The notes below the pieces were generated by a model, which worked only from the letters and a program-made list of their open reading frames with translations, made no database searches and was not told where the DNA came from. The position numbers were made by a program, and so were the translations under genes. A DNA stretch of 63,376 bases, counting the filler, from Octopus bimaculoides (taxonomy: Eukaryota): NCBI RefSeq assembly GCF_001194135.2. It is 4 parts of 4 records of this genome, joined end to end, with 100 filler letters (N's around TTAATTAATTAA, not from the genome) between each part and the next. Parts side by side here need not be neighbours in the genome. Positions count along the whole stretch, not along the records: positions 1 to 17,551 come from NC_068996.1; positions 17,652 to 49,404 come from NC_068987.1; 2 more parts are not named here. One strand, 5' to 3'. Shown in pieces: positions 14,574 through 27,191 of this stretch (within the stretch, counting starts at the first letter, position 1; every line of letters starts with the position of its first letter).

Positions 14574-16160
14574 ATGTTTGTTCTCCATGCTGGCATAGGT
14601 TGGATAGTTTGACAGAAGCTGGCAAACTGGAGAGCTACACTCAGCTCCATTCGTTTGGTATGGTTTCTATGGCTAGATGACTTTTTTGATGCCAACCCTT
14701 CCAAGAGTGTAATGAGAGCTTTCTATGTGCCACTGGCATGGGTGCTTCTACATTCCACTGGCACAGGTGTCAGTTACGTGACACTAGAATTGACCATCAC
14801 TACAATTTCACTTGGCTTCACTAATCTTCTCAATCACAGCATATTGTCAAAGGGCTTGGTTACTTGTCATTGCCTCTGTGAGGTCTAGCATTTGAAGATC
14901 GTGCTTCACCACCTTGTCACATGTCGTCCTGAGTCTACCTCTTCTACAGGTTCCCTCCACAGTTAGAGATTAGCAATTCTTTACACAGCTGTCTTCATCC
15001 ATATGCATCACATGACCATACCAGTGCAGTTGTCTCTCTTTCACATCACATCCGATGCCTCTTAAGCCCAGTTTTTTTCTCGGGACACGCTCTGTCAAAC
15101 ATGCACACTGATATTACATGTCCAGGAAAGCATATTAGCTTCATTTCTTTCAAGCCTACGCATGTCCTCTGCAGTCACAGACCATATTCCACTGCTGTGT
15201 AGCATGGCTGTTTGCACATAGGTATCATGCAATTTGCCTTTCACTCTGAAGGAGAAGCCCTTTGTTGTCAGCAGAGGTAGGAGCTCTCTGAACTTTGCCC
15301 ACCTCATTCTTATTCTCACAGCTATATTCTCGGAGCATCCACCTCCGCTACTAACTTGATCACCTAGATAATGGAATCTATTTTCTGTACATTGTCAGTA
15401 TTTATTGTACCTGTGCATCTTCCACACACAAAAGCTATTTTCCCTGTTAATCTTCCTCTGATATTGCTGCACCTCTTATGTGTCCATAGCCTACACTGGG
15501 TACATCTTATGGGGTTTCTATCTATGCCTTGTTTACAAACCAAGCAGAGTCATCTACTTGGAGGCATTTGTGATTTGTCCTCTTTCTTACTTCCTAGAAC
15601 TTTGAATTTTGCTAAATTAGCTCTAAAGCCCCATGGCTTTTGTCCTTGTTTCTATACCTGAAATGTCTTTTCTAGTTCTGGTAGTAATTCAGCTATAAGA
15701 ACAAGAACATCAGCATTGAAGAGCTCCCAGGGGAAGCCTGTCTTAAATTCCTGTTATTGCCTGAAGGACTATGATCAATAAGAGGGGGCTGAGGACTGAT
15801 CCTTGGTGAATCTCTACTTATACCCTGAATTCATTACTATACTCATTGCCAACCTTCGTCTTACTGACAGTATCCATGTACTTGGCTTGTACAGCTCTCA
15901 GTAACCATTCATCTATCCCTAATTTCCTCATTGACTACTAGATAAGGGAGCAGGGGACCCCGTCAAAGGTTTTCTCCATGTCAACAAGAGCCAAGTACGA
16001 GGGTTTATTTTTGGCTAGGTACATGTTTTGCCGGTGCCTTAACTGAAATATATCATGTCCGGTGCTTCTCCCCAGCACAAAACTAAACTGCATCTCCTCT
16101 AGACCAACTCTCTTCCTAATTAGTTGGGCTACAACCCTCTCCATAACTTTCATCACTTGT
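14538..16160 (-). mobile_element. RTE LINE, 5'-truncated and decayed
   Basis: KVMERVVAQLIRKRVGLEEMQF...YLALVDMEKTFD (RT) and RIRMRWAKFRELLPLL...RLERNEANML. (CAT)n tail at 14538-14572. Colinear with 2180-4000. Confidence 0.9.
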
Positions 16161-16311
16161 AATATATATGTGTACATATATGTGTGTGTGTATATATGTA
16201 TGTATGTATGTGTGTGTATATGAGTAAATATATATGCTTGTGCATATATATGTGTATATATATATTTCTATACACGTGTGTGTGTATCTATATATATATA
16301 TGATAGCTTCC

Positions 16312-17403
16312 GACGCATGTGTACGAACAGCCATGCTACATGTCAGTGAAACATGGGCCGTGACTGCCAAGGACATGCGTAAGCTCGCAAGGAATGAAGC
16401 CAGTATGCTCCGATGGATGTATAATGTGAGTGTGCATACCCGACAGAGTGTAAACACCCTGAGAGAAAAGTTGAATCTAAGAAGCATCAGTTGTGGTGTG
16501 CAAGAGAGATGATTGCGCTGGTATGGTCATGTGGCGAGAAGGGATGACAATAGCTGTGTGAAAAAGTACCACTCCCTAGTAGTTGAGGGAACCTGTGGAA
16601 GAGGTAGGCCCAGGAAGACCTGGGATGAGGTGGTGAGGCACGACCTTCGAACATTGGGCCTCACTGAGGCGATGACTTCTGACGACACCTTTGGAAATAT
16701 GCTGCGCGTGAGAAGACCCGACAAGCCAAGTGAGACGTAAATCCAAGGCCTCCGCCAGGGGTGTAGCCAGCTCACTTATGTGTACCTTCCTTCATTGGAC
16801 ACAAAACTCTGCTTGCAAAGACATGGTGAGGCAAGTGAAATCGAAATCGAACTAAATTTGTAGACTGGCACCCATGCCAACTTCTCTTCATTGAACACTA
16901 AACTCGGCTTGCGAAGACCTGTTGGGGCAAGCAAAAGCGAAATCGTGATGGCACCTGTACCAGTAAATCACTAAGAGCACCGTCCAAGCGTGATTGGTGC
17001 TAGAGCACCAGCTGTCTGGCTTCCGTGCAGGCGGCACATAAATAGCCCCATTCAAGCATGACCGTTACCAATGTCGCCTTCCTGGCACTTGTGCCAGTGG
17101 CACATGAAAAGACATTCGAGCGAGTTTGTTGCCAGTACCACTGGACTGGCCCCTGTGCAGGTAGCACGTAAAATACACCATTTCAAGTGTGGCTGTTGCC
17201 AGTACCTTCTGACTGGCCTTCGTGCTGGTGGCACGTAAAAGCACCCACTACACTCTGTGCTTGGCGTTACGAAGGGCATCCAGTTGTAGAAACTCTGCCA
17301 AATCAGATTGGAGCCTGGTGTAGCCATCTGTTTCACCAGTCCTCAGTTAAATTGTCCAACCCATGCTAGCATGGAAAGTGGACATTAAATGATGATGATG
17401 ATG
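16312..17403 (+). mobile_element. RTE LINE 3' fragment with a long modular 3' UTR
   Basis: DACVRTAMLHVSETWAVTAKDMRKLARNE...RWYGHVARRDDNSCVKK...GRGRPRKTWDEVV. Tail gatgatgatg. Confidence 0.9.
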
Positions 17404-17410
17404 AGATATA

Positions 17411-17448
<38 letters not shown>

Positions 17449-17651
17449 AGTCAGTAAATAGTGGGGTTGTGTTAACCGCATGTGGAGAAATAATAGGAAA
17501 AGGAAAAATAATAAGGCAGAATGCTAAACTGGAAGCATATTTTAATAAAGANNNNNNNNNNNNNNNNNNNNNNNNNNNNNNNNNNNNNNNNNNNNTTAAT
17601 TAATTAANNNNNNNNNNNNNNNNNNNNNNNNNNNNNNNNNNNNNNNNNNNN

Positions 17652-17686
<35 letters not shown>

Positions 17687-18295
17687 TACGCACACATTCA
17701 ATGGCGAGACTTGAGCACAGATATATTAACAGTTGAAACAAAATAAATTTTCTTCTCATTTTCAGTAATTGATTCTGACAAACAGATTTATGCAATTTTA
17801 AATTTCTTTTCAAAGATGCTTTTGAAAGACAGCATTAAACAAACATTAACGGAAATATTATTGAAACATTTTAATAATTTTGAATAGCAATGTAGACAAT
17901 TTTGCGGCTTATCTATCAATGTTTTCATTCCTACTCAGCAAAGACGTATATATTATCGTAACAGCAGCTTAGAGAATATTGTGAGATTTGGATTGGTTTT
18001 GATGCTGCTGTTTTGGTTAATAATAGCTATTCAACTCCAGGCCAACACTCGTTTACCAAAGGTGTTCTTGCCATAACTTTTAGTTATTTCTAAACATCTA
18101 TGATGTAGTGTTCAATGTCCCCTACTTTTTATCTTTTAAGGCGGATGGTTTGAATTGTAGAAGATTTACCGGCTATGTCTTGTAGCTTGAATGACCTTGT
18201 TTAGGTAAAAATGGTGTTAGTTTCATTTAGCTTTACGACCTTCTGAAATATGGGTGGATCGGTTGATAAAATAAGTACTATTTAAGTTCTATCGT

Positions 18296-19035
18296 TGTGG
18301 AGGCACAATGGCCCAGTGGTTAGGGCAGCGGACTCGCGGTCATAGGATCGCGGTTTCGATTCCCAGACCGGGCGTTGTGAGTGTTTATTGAGCGAAAACA
18401 CCTAAAGCTCTATGAGGCTCCGGCAGGGGATGGTGGCGAACCTTACTGTACTCTTTCACCGCAACTTTCTCTCACTCTTACTTCCTGTTTCTGTTGTGCC
18501 TGTAATTCAAAGGGTCAGCCTTGTCACACTGTGTCACGCTGAATATCCCCGAGAACTACGTTAAGGGTATACGTGTGTGTGTGTGTGTGTGTGTGTGTGG
18601 AGTGCTCAGCCACTTGCACGTTAATTTCACGAGCAGGCTGTTCCGTTGATCGGATCAACTGNNNNNNNNNNGCGGTCATAGGATCGCGGTTTCGATTCCC
18701 AGACCGGGCGTTGTGAGTGTTTATTGAGCGAAAACACCTAAAGCTCTATGAGGCTCCGGCAGGGGATGGTGGCGAACCTTACTGTACTCTTTCACCGCAA
18801 CTTTCTCTCACTCTTACTTCCTGTTTCTGTTGTGCCTGTAATTCAAAGGGTCAGCCTTGTCACACTGTGTCACGCTGAATATCCCCGAGAACTACGTTAA
18901 GGGTATACGTGTGTGTGTGTGTGTGTGTGTGTGTGGAGTGCTCAGCCACTTGCACGTTAATTTCACGAGCAGGCTGTTCCGTTGATCGGATCAACTGGAA
19001 CCCTCGACGTCGTAAGCGACGGAGTGCCAACAACA
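18296..19035 (+). mobile_element. tRNA-derived SINE (octopus OR1-like), well preserved; shown twice because of an assembly overlap
   Basis: A-box tggcccagtggttag, B-box ggtttcgattccc, internal (GT)n, 3' tail caacaacaa. 18336-18661 is repeated at 18672-18997 across a 10-N gap. Confidence 0.85.
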
Positions 19036-19119
19036 AAGTTCTATCGTTGACCAAATCGATTTAATCCATGCTTTTAAATTTCTAGGCTTTGTCTCAATAT
19101 TTGAAGTCATTATTACACA

Positions 19120-19556
19120 AAGGCGGAGGCCGAAAGAATTGTTAGCACACCGGACAAAATGCTTAGTTCCAGTTTCTTCGTCATTAAGTTCTGAGTTCAA
19201 ATTCCACCAATGTTGACTTTGCCTTTCAACGTTTCGGAGTCGATAAAATAATTACCAATCGGGCACGCGATCGATCTAATCGACTTACACCCTTCCCCCA
19301 AATTGGTGGCTTTGTGCTAAAATTTGAAACCATTATTAAAGTAAGGCGGCATGCGGGCAAAATCGTTGGCATGCCGGGCAAAATGCGTAACTACATTTCG
19401 TCAGTAAATACATTCTGAGTTCAAATTCTATCAATGCCAACTTATTCTTGTATCTTTTTCGTGATCGATAAATTAAGTACCAGTTGCACGTGGGGTCGAT
19501 ATGACCAACTTACCCTCACTATCTAAAAATCAAGCCTTGTGCCTATAGTAGAAAGG
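19120..19556 (+). mobile_element. Two tandem family A SINEs (19120-19335 and 19343-19556)
   Basis: Each starts aaggcgg..., has the B-box ctgagttcaaattc and ends ...gtgc(c)ta..agtagaaagg or similar. Confidence 0.8.
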
Positions 19557-20577
19557 ATTAGTAGATTAAGGGTGTAAAATGAAGAGAAACGCTGACTCGG
19601 CTTTGCAAAACATTTACTACTTACATACAATTTCATTGTAAATTAACGTGTCACTTTAGTAGTTTACAGCGCTGAGATCAAATTATCTAAAAGATCGTAA
19701 ATAAGTGGAAGAAATAGCTTGTTCACGTGAGATCTGGTTACAGAATAAAACAAAAACATTAAAGTGCCATCAACTATATCAGACTCTGCGCCATCATTTA
19801 AATTGTCGCCTGTTTATATGCAAGCAATGCTTATTATGCCGGCTAGCACACACGCACATGTATGATTATTTATATATACATGTGTATATATATATATNNN
19901 NNNNNNNNNNNNNNNNNNNNNNNNNNNNNNNNNNNNNNNNNNNNNNNNNNNNNNNNNNNNNNNNNNNNNNNNNNNNNNNNNNNNNNNNNNNNNNNNNNNN
20001 NNNNNNNNNNNNNNNNNNNNNNNNNNNNNNNNNNNNNNNNNNNNNNNNNNNNNNNNNNNNNNNNNNNNNNNNNNNNNNNNNNNNNNNNNNNNNNNNNNNN
20101 NNNNNNNNNNNNNNNNNNNNNNNNNNNNNNNNNNNNNNNNNNNNNNNNNNNNNNNNNNNNNNNNNNNNNNNNNNNNNNNNNNNNNNNNNNNNNNNNNNNN
20201 NNNNNNNNNNNNNNNNNNNNNNNNNNNNNNNNNNNNNNNNNNNNNNNNNNNNNNNNNNNNNNNNNNNNNNNNNNNNNNNNNNNNNNNNNNNNNNNNNNNN
20301 NNNNNNNNNNNNNNNNNNNNNNNNNNNNNNNNNNNNNNNNNNNNNNNNNNNNNNNNNNNNNNNNNNNNNNNNNNNNNNNNNNNNNNNNNNNNNNNNNNNN
20401 NNNNNNNNNNNNNNNNNNNNNNNNNNNNNNNNNNNNNNNNNNNNNNNNNNNNNNNNNNNNNNNNNNNNNNNNNNNNNNNNNNNNNNNNNNNNNNNNNNNN
20501 NNNNNNNNNNNNNNNNNNNNNNNAATATATATATATATGTATATATATGTATGTATATATATATATATATGTATATG

Positions 20578-20618
<41 letters not shown>

Positions 20619-20719
20619 GTATGTATATATATGTGTGAGTGTGTGTGTGTGCGTATGTGTGTATGTATAGCTATATATGTGTATGTATATATGTATGTAT
20701 GCATGTAAGGATATATTTG

Positions 20720-20791
<72 letters not shown>

Positions 20792-21384
20792 TGTGCGTAT
20801 ATCAAATGGTGATATACTACTCTATTGGTTATTTATTTTTTCTGCTTTTATTATTATACATTTAACACCTGCATCCACACTGAAAATGTAGACGATGTGA
20901 ATCTCTCCTCTGGCTTAATTACGATTGGTCTTGTTATTCCTAAGCTGCACAATTGGTAACGCCAGTGGAAATTTCATGTGGTATTTAGTTACGTCCCTTC
21001 ATGTTCTGTGCTCAAATCCTGCCGAGTTTGAATATATTTTTCATGCTTTTAATATTGATCATCTACATACTTGTCAAGCACAAGTGTACGTCGTGGTCTC
21101 GTTAGAAATCTCGTTAGAAATCCTTACGATAGAGTCGCAACTTATCAATTAAGTAGAGTGACAGAATCTAAATGAATAGTAAGTAATGTTCTGTCACCAG
21201 TGCTATGCTTGCTTCAAAAGTTCTTTAATCGCAAAGTCCACTCATATATTTTTAAATAAAGTAAGACAGAGTAAGTTATATTTGCAAATGGCCGCCATAT
21301 TGTAAACATGACTTTGGTTTGCAGTGTTTACTCAAATCTTTATAAAGGAACAACTAAGTTAACGTTAATATATTTAATGGACTA

Positions 21385-21590
21385 TAAGGCTGCTAGGTGG
21401 CAGAATTGTTTGGACGCCTGGCAAAATGCTTACTGGTATTTCGTTCTAAGTTTAAACTCTGCCAGGGACGACTTTATATTTTATCCTTTTGGAGCCGATA
21501 AAATACGTACCAGTTGAGCACACGGGTCGATGTTATCGTCTTGCCCTCTCTCTCCGCCACATTGCTGGCCTTGTGTTGTACTTTGAAACC
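21385..21590 (+). mobile_element. Family A SINE, degenerate
   Basis: aaggctgctaggtggcagaattgtt...gccgataaaatacgtaccagttgagcac...ggtcgat. Confidence 0.7.
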
Positions 21591-21746
21591 AATGTATTTA
21601 ATGGACTGAGGCGGTGAGATGGCAGAATCGGTAACTCCTTTGTCAGTCATTAGGTATAGTGCTTTAGTGGCTTTAGAGTCAATTTAAATCTTATTTTAAC
21701 ATAAGCGGTGCTAATCAGCACCCTCCTTCATTTTTGTGACCGCTAC

Positions 21747-21945
21747 TCTTTTACTTGTTTCAGTCATTTGACTGCGGCCATGCTGGAGCACCACTTTTAG
21801 TCGAGAAAATCGACCCCAGGACTTATTCTTTGTAAGCCTAGTACTTATTCAATCGGTCTCTTTTTGCCGAACCGCTAAGTTACGGGGACGTAAACACACC
21901 AGCATCGGTTGTCAAGCGATGGTGGGGGGGAACAAACACAGACAT

Positions 21946-22011
<66 letters not shown>

Positions 22012-22191
22012 NNNNNNNNNNATATATACGACGGGCTTCTTTCAGTTTCCGTCTACCAAATCCACTCACAAGGCTTTGGTCGGCCCGAGGCTATAGTAGA
22101 AGACACTTGCCCAAGGTGCCACGCAGTGGGACTGAACCCGGAACCATGTGGTTGGTAAGCAAGCTACTTACCACACAGCCACTCCTGCGCT
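21747..22191 (-). mobile_element. CORE-type tRNA SINE (octopus OR2-like), full length, with internal (TA)n(GT)n microsatellite
   Basis: Sense strand reads gcgcaggagtggctgtgtggtaag...ggttcagtccc...ggcaccttgggcaagtgtctt (resembles the CORE domain gaccttgggcaagt), then the microsatellite, then 3' ...gactgaaacaagtaaaaga. Confidence 0.9.
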
Positions 22192-22362
22192 TATAAATTA
22201 AATAATCTGAACGTCAAAGTCGACCTCGGTGAAATTTGAATTCAAAACGTAAAGACAGACGAAAGACCGTTAAACATTTCGCCCGGCGTGCAAACGCTTC
22301 TGCCAGCTCGATTAATTTTGCCTTTAAGTTCTAATTGCTAATAAGGCACCCTTCTAAGGTGT

Positions 22363-22419
<57 letters not shown>

Positions 22420-23664
22420 GTGTGTTTGTGTTTGCGAGTGTGTGTGAAAGAGAGAGAGAGAGAGGTAGACAGACAGACAGATATACATCTGTCTATTTAC
22501 ATAATTAGAAGATCTAAAAAACACGATTTTTTCCATTTTTTTTTTCTTTTGCAGTCTACCAAAGCCCATCGCAGAAACCCGCCTCCACAAAGAAATAAGG
22601 ATATTTTTGATTTAGCCACAACAATGATAAGGTAAAAATATTCTGTTTCATGTTTCAAGGTTTGCTTTCTGCAAATACTATCATCCGTATGCGCCTTCAA
22701 CATAACCTCTCATGTATTCAACGAGTAAAATTTGAGTAGTCTTGTTTTCTTGTTCTCTTTTAAGACGTTCACTAGGTAACGTGCGGAAGAATCTCATTAT
22801 TGTCTGATACCAATGGCTGCATTATTCTACGCATTGTTATCTAATAAATACACCATCATTTGACCAATTAGAAATAATCCTACCAGTGTTATTAAACAAT
22901 AGCAGGATGTCTAGCAGATCAGAGAATGGCTTAGAGACTCCCTCATTCTCTCAGACTAAATATAAAAGATAGTGGTTAGTCGACAGCGTTTTTAATGTAA
23001 GGTCCACATTGAACCTACAACGATGGAATTATTTTAGTCCCATCATGCAATGTAATATCAAAATTACTTATCAAAATGACGCTTCCCCTTGTTAGCTTGG
23101 TCACTTTACGCGACGATATTCCAATATTCAATGTAAGTATAGATCCTTCTACGCCAAGAGATGTAGGGTACTTTGTGCCAACCTTCCACTGCATCCTACC
23201 AGGTTTGGCTTTGGTGTGCAGTTATGCTCACACATTCTCCTTCAATTCCTCTTGGCTTGGTAGATCTTGCATATCTCACATTCATTCGTGTTATATCATA
23301 CTACAATGCATTCTGTAATGTACACTTCTGGTTATTCATATAACATATATGCGCTCACTGAAGTATTCAAGAATATGCATAAAATTTATTCACTAAATAA
23401 ATAAGCAGACATGTACACGTATACAAATATGTCTGTAGGATGATTTCTAAATTAAACAATGTTAACTACACACTTATGTGATATATGTGTGTGCGTCTGT
23501 GTGTTTATAAATATATATATATGTTCGTGTGTGTATGTATGTATGCATGTATGTATGAATGTATGAATGTATGTATGCATGTGTGTGAATCTGTATGTGT
23601 GTATGTACGTATGTATGTATATATGTATGTTTATGTATATATATATATAAATATATACATACCG

Positions 23665-23765
23665 GAGTAAGCACATAAATGTGAAACACGGTGGAAAAAA
23701 GAGTACTCAAATACCAGAGGTAGAGTAATATGCTTTATTTAAAAGCAGCAGAAATATAACAAAAG
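23665..23765. mobile_element. Short interspersed repeat fragment between TA microsatellites, possibly a Penelope-like terminal repeat relic
   Basis: ccggagtaagcacataaatgtgaaacacggtggaaaaaagagtactcaaatacc...: non-repetitive block embedded in TA-rich repeats. Family assignment is from recall only. Confidence 0.3.
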
Positions 23766-23768
23766 ATG

Positions 23769-23800
<32 letters not shown>

Positions 23801-23828
23801 AGTGTATATGTGTATGTNNNNNNNNNNN

Positions 23829-23878
<50 letters not shown>

Positions 23879-24193
23879 ATATATTGATAAATGCATCTAA
23901 TTGGCTAATACCCATTCTTATAATGCATAGATGTGTATAGGTTATATATATTTGTGGCATTGAATGCTAAACTTTCAGTTGCACATAGGTCAAATTGGGT
24001 TAATTATTACTGCAGTAATTACGAAATGTGAGGAATTGAACAAGATCATTATCTGCATAGTTAAGAATTATTAATTATTATATTTACTAAACTATGTTTT
24101 AATTAACATATAGTTACATAGTTTTATGGACCAGCACGTCAAAGAGATTTTAATCCTATATGTGCAACATTCATATTGCGCTAGATCAAAAAG

Positions 24194-24275
<82 letters not shown>

Positions 24276-24386
24276 ATGTATTTATGTATATATATATGTG
24301 TGTTTGTATGTATGTATATATATATGTATATATATATATATGTGTGTATATATATATGTATTTATCTATATATGTGTGTGTGTATG

Positions 24387-24417
<31 letters not shown>

Positions 24418-24456
24418 ATATGTATATATATACATGTATATATATGTATATATATG

Positions 24457-24517
<61 letters not shown>

Positions 24518-25558
24518 GTATATACATATATGTATATATATATATGTATGTATATATATATATGTATGTATGTATATATGTATGTAATGTATCTTTATAT
24601 ATGCATGTGTGTATGTATATATATGTATATACATATGTCTGAGGAGAGTCTTTATGCCAACATTATTAACACACGCTGCTTTAACTTCACTCCTTTATTA
24701 TTAATCAATTGATTAAATATACAACTAACTAATCGATTATTTGTTTAATATGGTTAAATTGTAAGTCGTTTGTTTGTTTGTTCTTTCGTTTGTCAGAGCT
24801 CTTTCATTGTGACTTTCAACCTTCCCAATTGACTTTTGACTTAGTCAGTTACGATGGCTGCGTTTGTCTGCTTGAGACTTTGTTGCGTGTATTTGTGTAC
24901 ATGCCAGTGTGTGCGTGTGCTTGCGTACGAATGTATTCTTCTTCTATGGATTTATGTGTTTGTGTGTGTATCTGTGTGTGTGTGTGCACGCGTGCGCGCG
25001 TTTGTGTATGTACGTATGTGTATGTTTGTGTGCATACTTCTGCTTCTTTGTGCGTACGTGGTTGAGTGTGTCTATACGCATGACTTTCAACTAAAGCACC
25101 GTAAAGGTAGAATTATAAATAGGAAATAATGTCACAACAAGGCACCAATGTTTGATGGAAATAGCAGTCGATGTAAAGCTTCACTGAATGTATTAAGGCA
25201 TAAGCGTGTGCGTGCGACGAACATAAAGATTGCTTATGTGATTTCGTGCGTTGTTTCGTACATACATACATACATACATACATACATACATACATACATA
25301 CATACATACATACATGATGATGATGGCTGCCCCCTCGTTATCGAGTATGGCCATTGCACGAAGCTTAACTTAACGGTGCTGTGATCGAATGTGACTTTTT
25401 AGCCCAGCCAAAGATCTACAATGTCTTGCACAGAGTTGGCATCCAAAACCTTCACTGGCAATAGCTGGCTGTTGTTGTAACTGGGCTCCATATACCTTTG
25501 CGTGTCATACATACATACATACATATATACATACATATATATATTACATACACAGGAA

Positions 25559-25591
<33 letters not shown>

Positions 25592-25629
25592 GCATACATA
25601 TATATATTACATACACAGGAATACATACA

Positions 25630-25662
<33 letters not shown>

Positions 25663-25669
25663 TCATACA

Positions 25670-25830
25670 CGACGAGTTTCTAGTTTCTGTCTACCAAATT
25701 CATTCACAAGGTATTGGTCTGCCCGGTGCTATAGTAGTAAACACTTGCCCAAGGTGCTGTGCATTGAGAATGAGCCCGAAAACGTTTGCACATCGAACTT
25801 CTTAACCACACAGTTATGCCTGTACCTATT
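25670..25830 (-). mobile_element. OR2-like SINE, 5' half, degenerate
   Basis: acacttgcccaaggtgc, gtctaccaaattcattcacaagg. Confidence 0.75.
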
Positions 25831-26904
25831 TTGTTTTCATTGTTACAAGAAGTCATTCACCTTCAGCCGTCAACATCTTGCAACTATGTAAATGTTATTG
25901 CGACAATGACCGTATTCCTTTGTATTTTAGTTAACAGGCTTCAACAATTGTTATCGGTCACTGCGAGTAGTGGTCAGTGAATACCGGTGAATTATTCAAT
26001 AACAACTAAAACAGATGATTCTCTCTTGATATTAAGCTGTCGAAAACACTATCGCGGATCTAATTTCATAACCTAAATACAAAAGAATATAAATTCGTAT
26101 ACGCACGTGCACACACATACATACATTCATATAAGTTGATAGGTAAATATATATATAACCCCTATACATTTTCTTCTCTCTCCGTTTTTTTTTTTTTTTT
26201 TTTTTTNNNNNNNNNNNNNNNNNNNNNNNNNNNNNNNNNNNNNNNNNNNNNNNNNNNNNNNNNNNNNNNNNNNNNNNNNNNNNNNNNNNNNNNNNNNNNN
26301 NNNNNNNNNNNNNNNNNNNNNNNNNNNNACACACACACACACACACACACGCACGCACACACACACACACACACATGCACACACACAATACATATATGCT
26401 ACTTAATATACATGTATGCATATATGCATAGTTATACATGTATATTTATGTATGTATATATTCATAGCGGTAGATGGATGTGTGTATATATGTATATATA
26501 TATGAATATACGCATATATATTAGTGTCTGTATTCTCGCGCGCGCCGTATGTAATTTTGCGAAACAGTAATGAAACGACCTGCAAGTGGATAAGTGAAGA
26601 AAGTGGGTCCAAAAAGCTTAAATTAAGCGAAGTGAGAGAGAAAACGCCAGAAATTATTCTTCCTGAAGTTTTACTGGATGATTCTCCTTCCGAACAATAA
26701 ACCTCTTCTTCTCTGTTCCATCGTCTTCCTCTCGCACAATTCGTCCCATCTTTCAGGTAATTAAACTAATAAAGCCAATTTACATATTTCTTTTGCATTC
26801 TCTTTTATTATGTTTTTATAATTGTCATTTTCCTTCTAACTGCATCTTTTCTGTTTTAAAACTCATAAAAATTACTTCTGAGTGTTTTTTTTTTTTTTTT
26901 GGCG

Positions 26905-27109
26905 GGGGCTGGAACGGATTAATTATATCTTAATTAATTTCAATGGGGAAAATTGATTTGTAAAACGAGTAAATCATAAAACGAGTATATCGTAAAACGA
27001 GTATATCGTAAAACGAGTATATCGTAAAACGAGTATATCGTAAAACGAGTATATCGTAAAACGAGGTCGGTCATGGAACAAATTAAACTCGTACTGCATG
27101 GTATCATTG
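26905..27109. mobile_element. pogo/Tigger-like element end containing a 16-bp tandem expansion
   Basis: ggaacggattaatt...caatggggaaaa and the terminus ...ggtatcattg|ta resemble Tigger ends. (gtaaaacgagtatatc) occurs ~6.6 times at 26960-27065. Confidence 0.6.
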
Positions 27110-27117
27110 TACTATAT

Positions 27118-27191
<74 letters not shown>

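Noticed and set aside
17597-17608. ttaattaattaa islands inside N runs (also 49449-49460 and 61318-61329)
   Set aside because: Synthetic all-frame-stop spacer marking scaffold joins, not genomic sequence. Adjacency across these joins is less certain.
18300-18375. tRNA gene candidates (also 49808-49865)
   Set aside because: These are tRNA-like heads that continue into SINE bodies. There is no complete acceptor stem or oligo-T terminator.
18336-18997. Apparent tandem duplication of the OR1-like SINE
   Set aside because: The identical 326-bp blocks on either side of a 10-N gap are an unmerged contig overlap. The same artefact occurs at 40621-40680.
25500-25660. ~60-bp duplication (catacatatatatattacatacacaggaata) within (CATA)n
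   Set aside because: Ordinary slippage inside a compound microsatellite. The 17-bp x3 repeat at 13562-13612 is likewise unremarkable.
26960-27065. CRISPR-like array (also 43581-43660 and 51742-51897)
   Set aside because: The units are contiguous with no unique spacers, there are no cas genes, and the context is eukaryotic.
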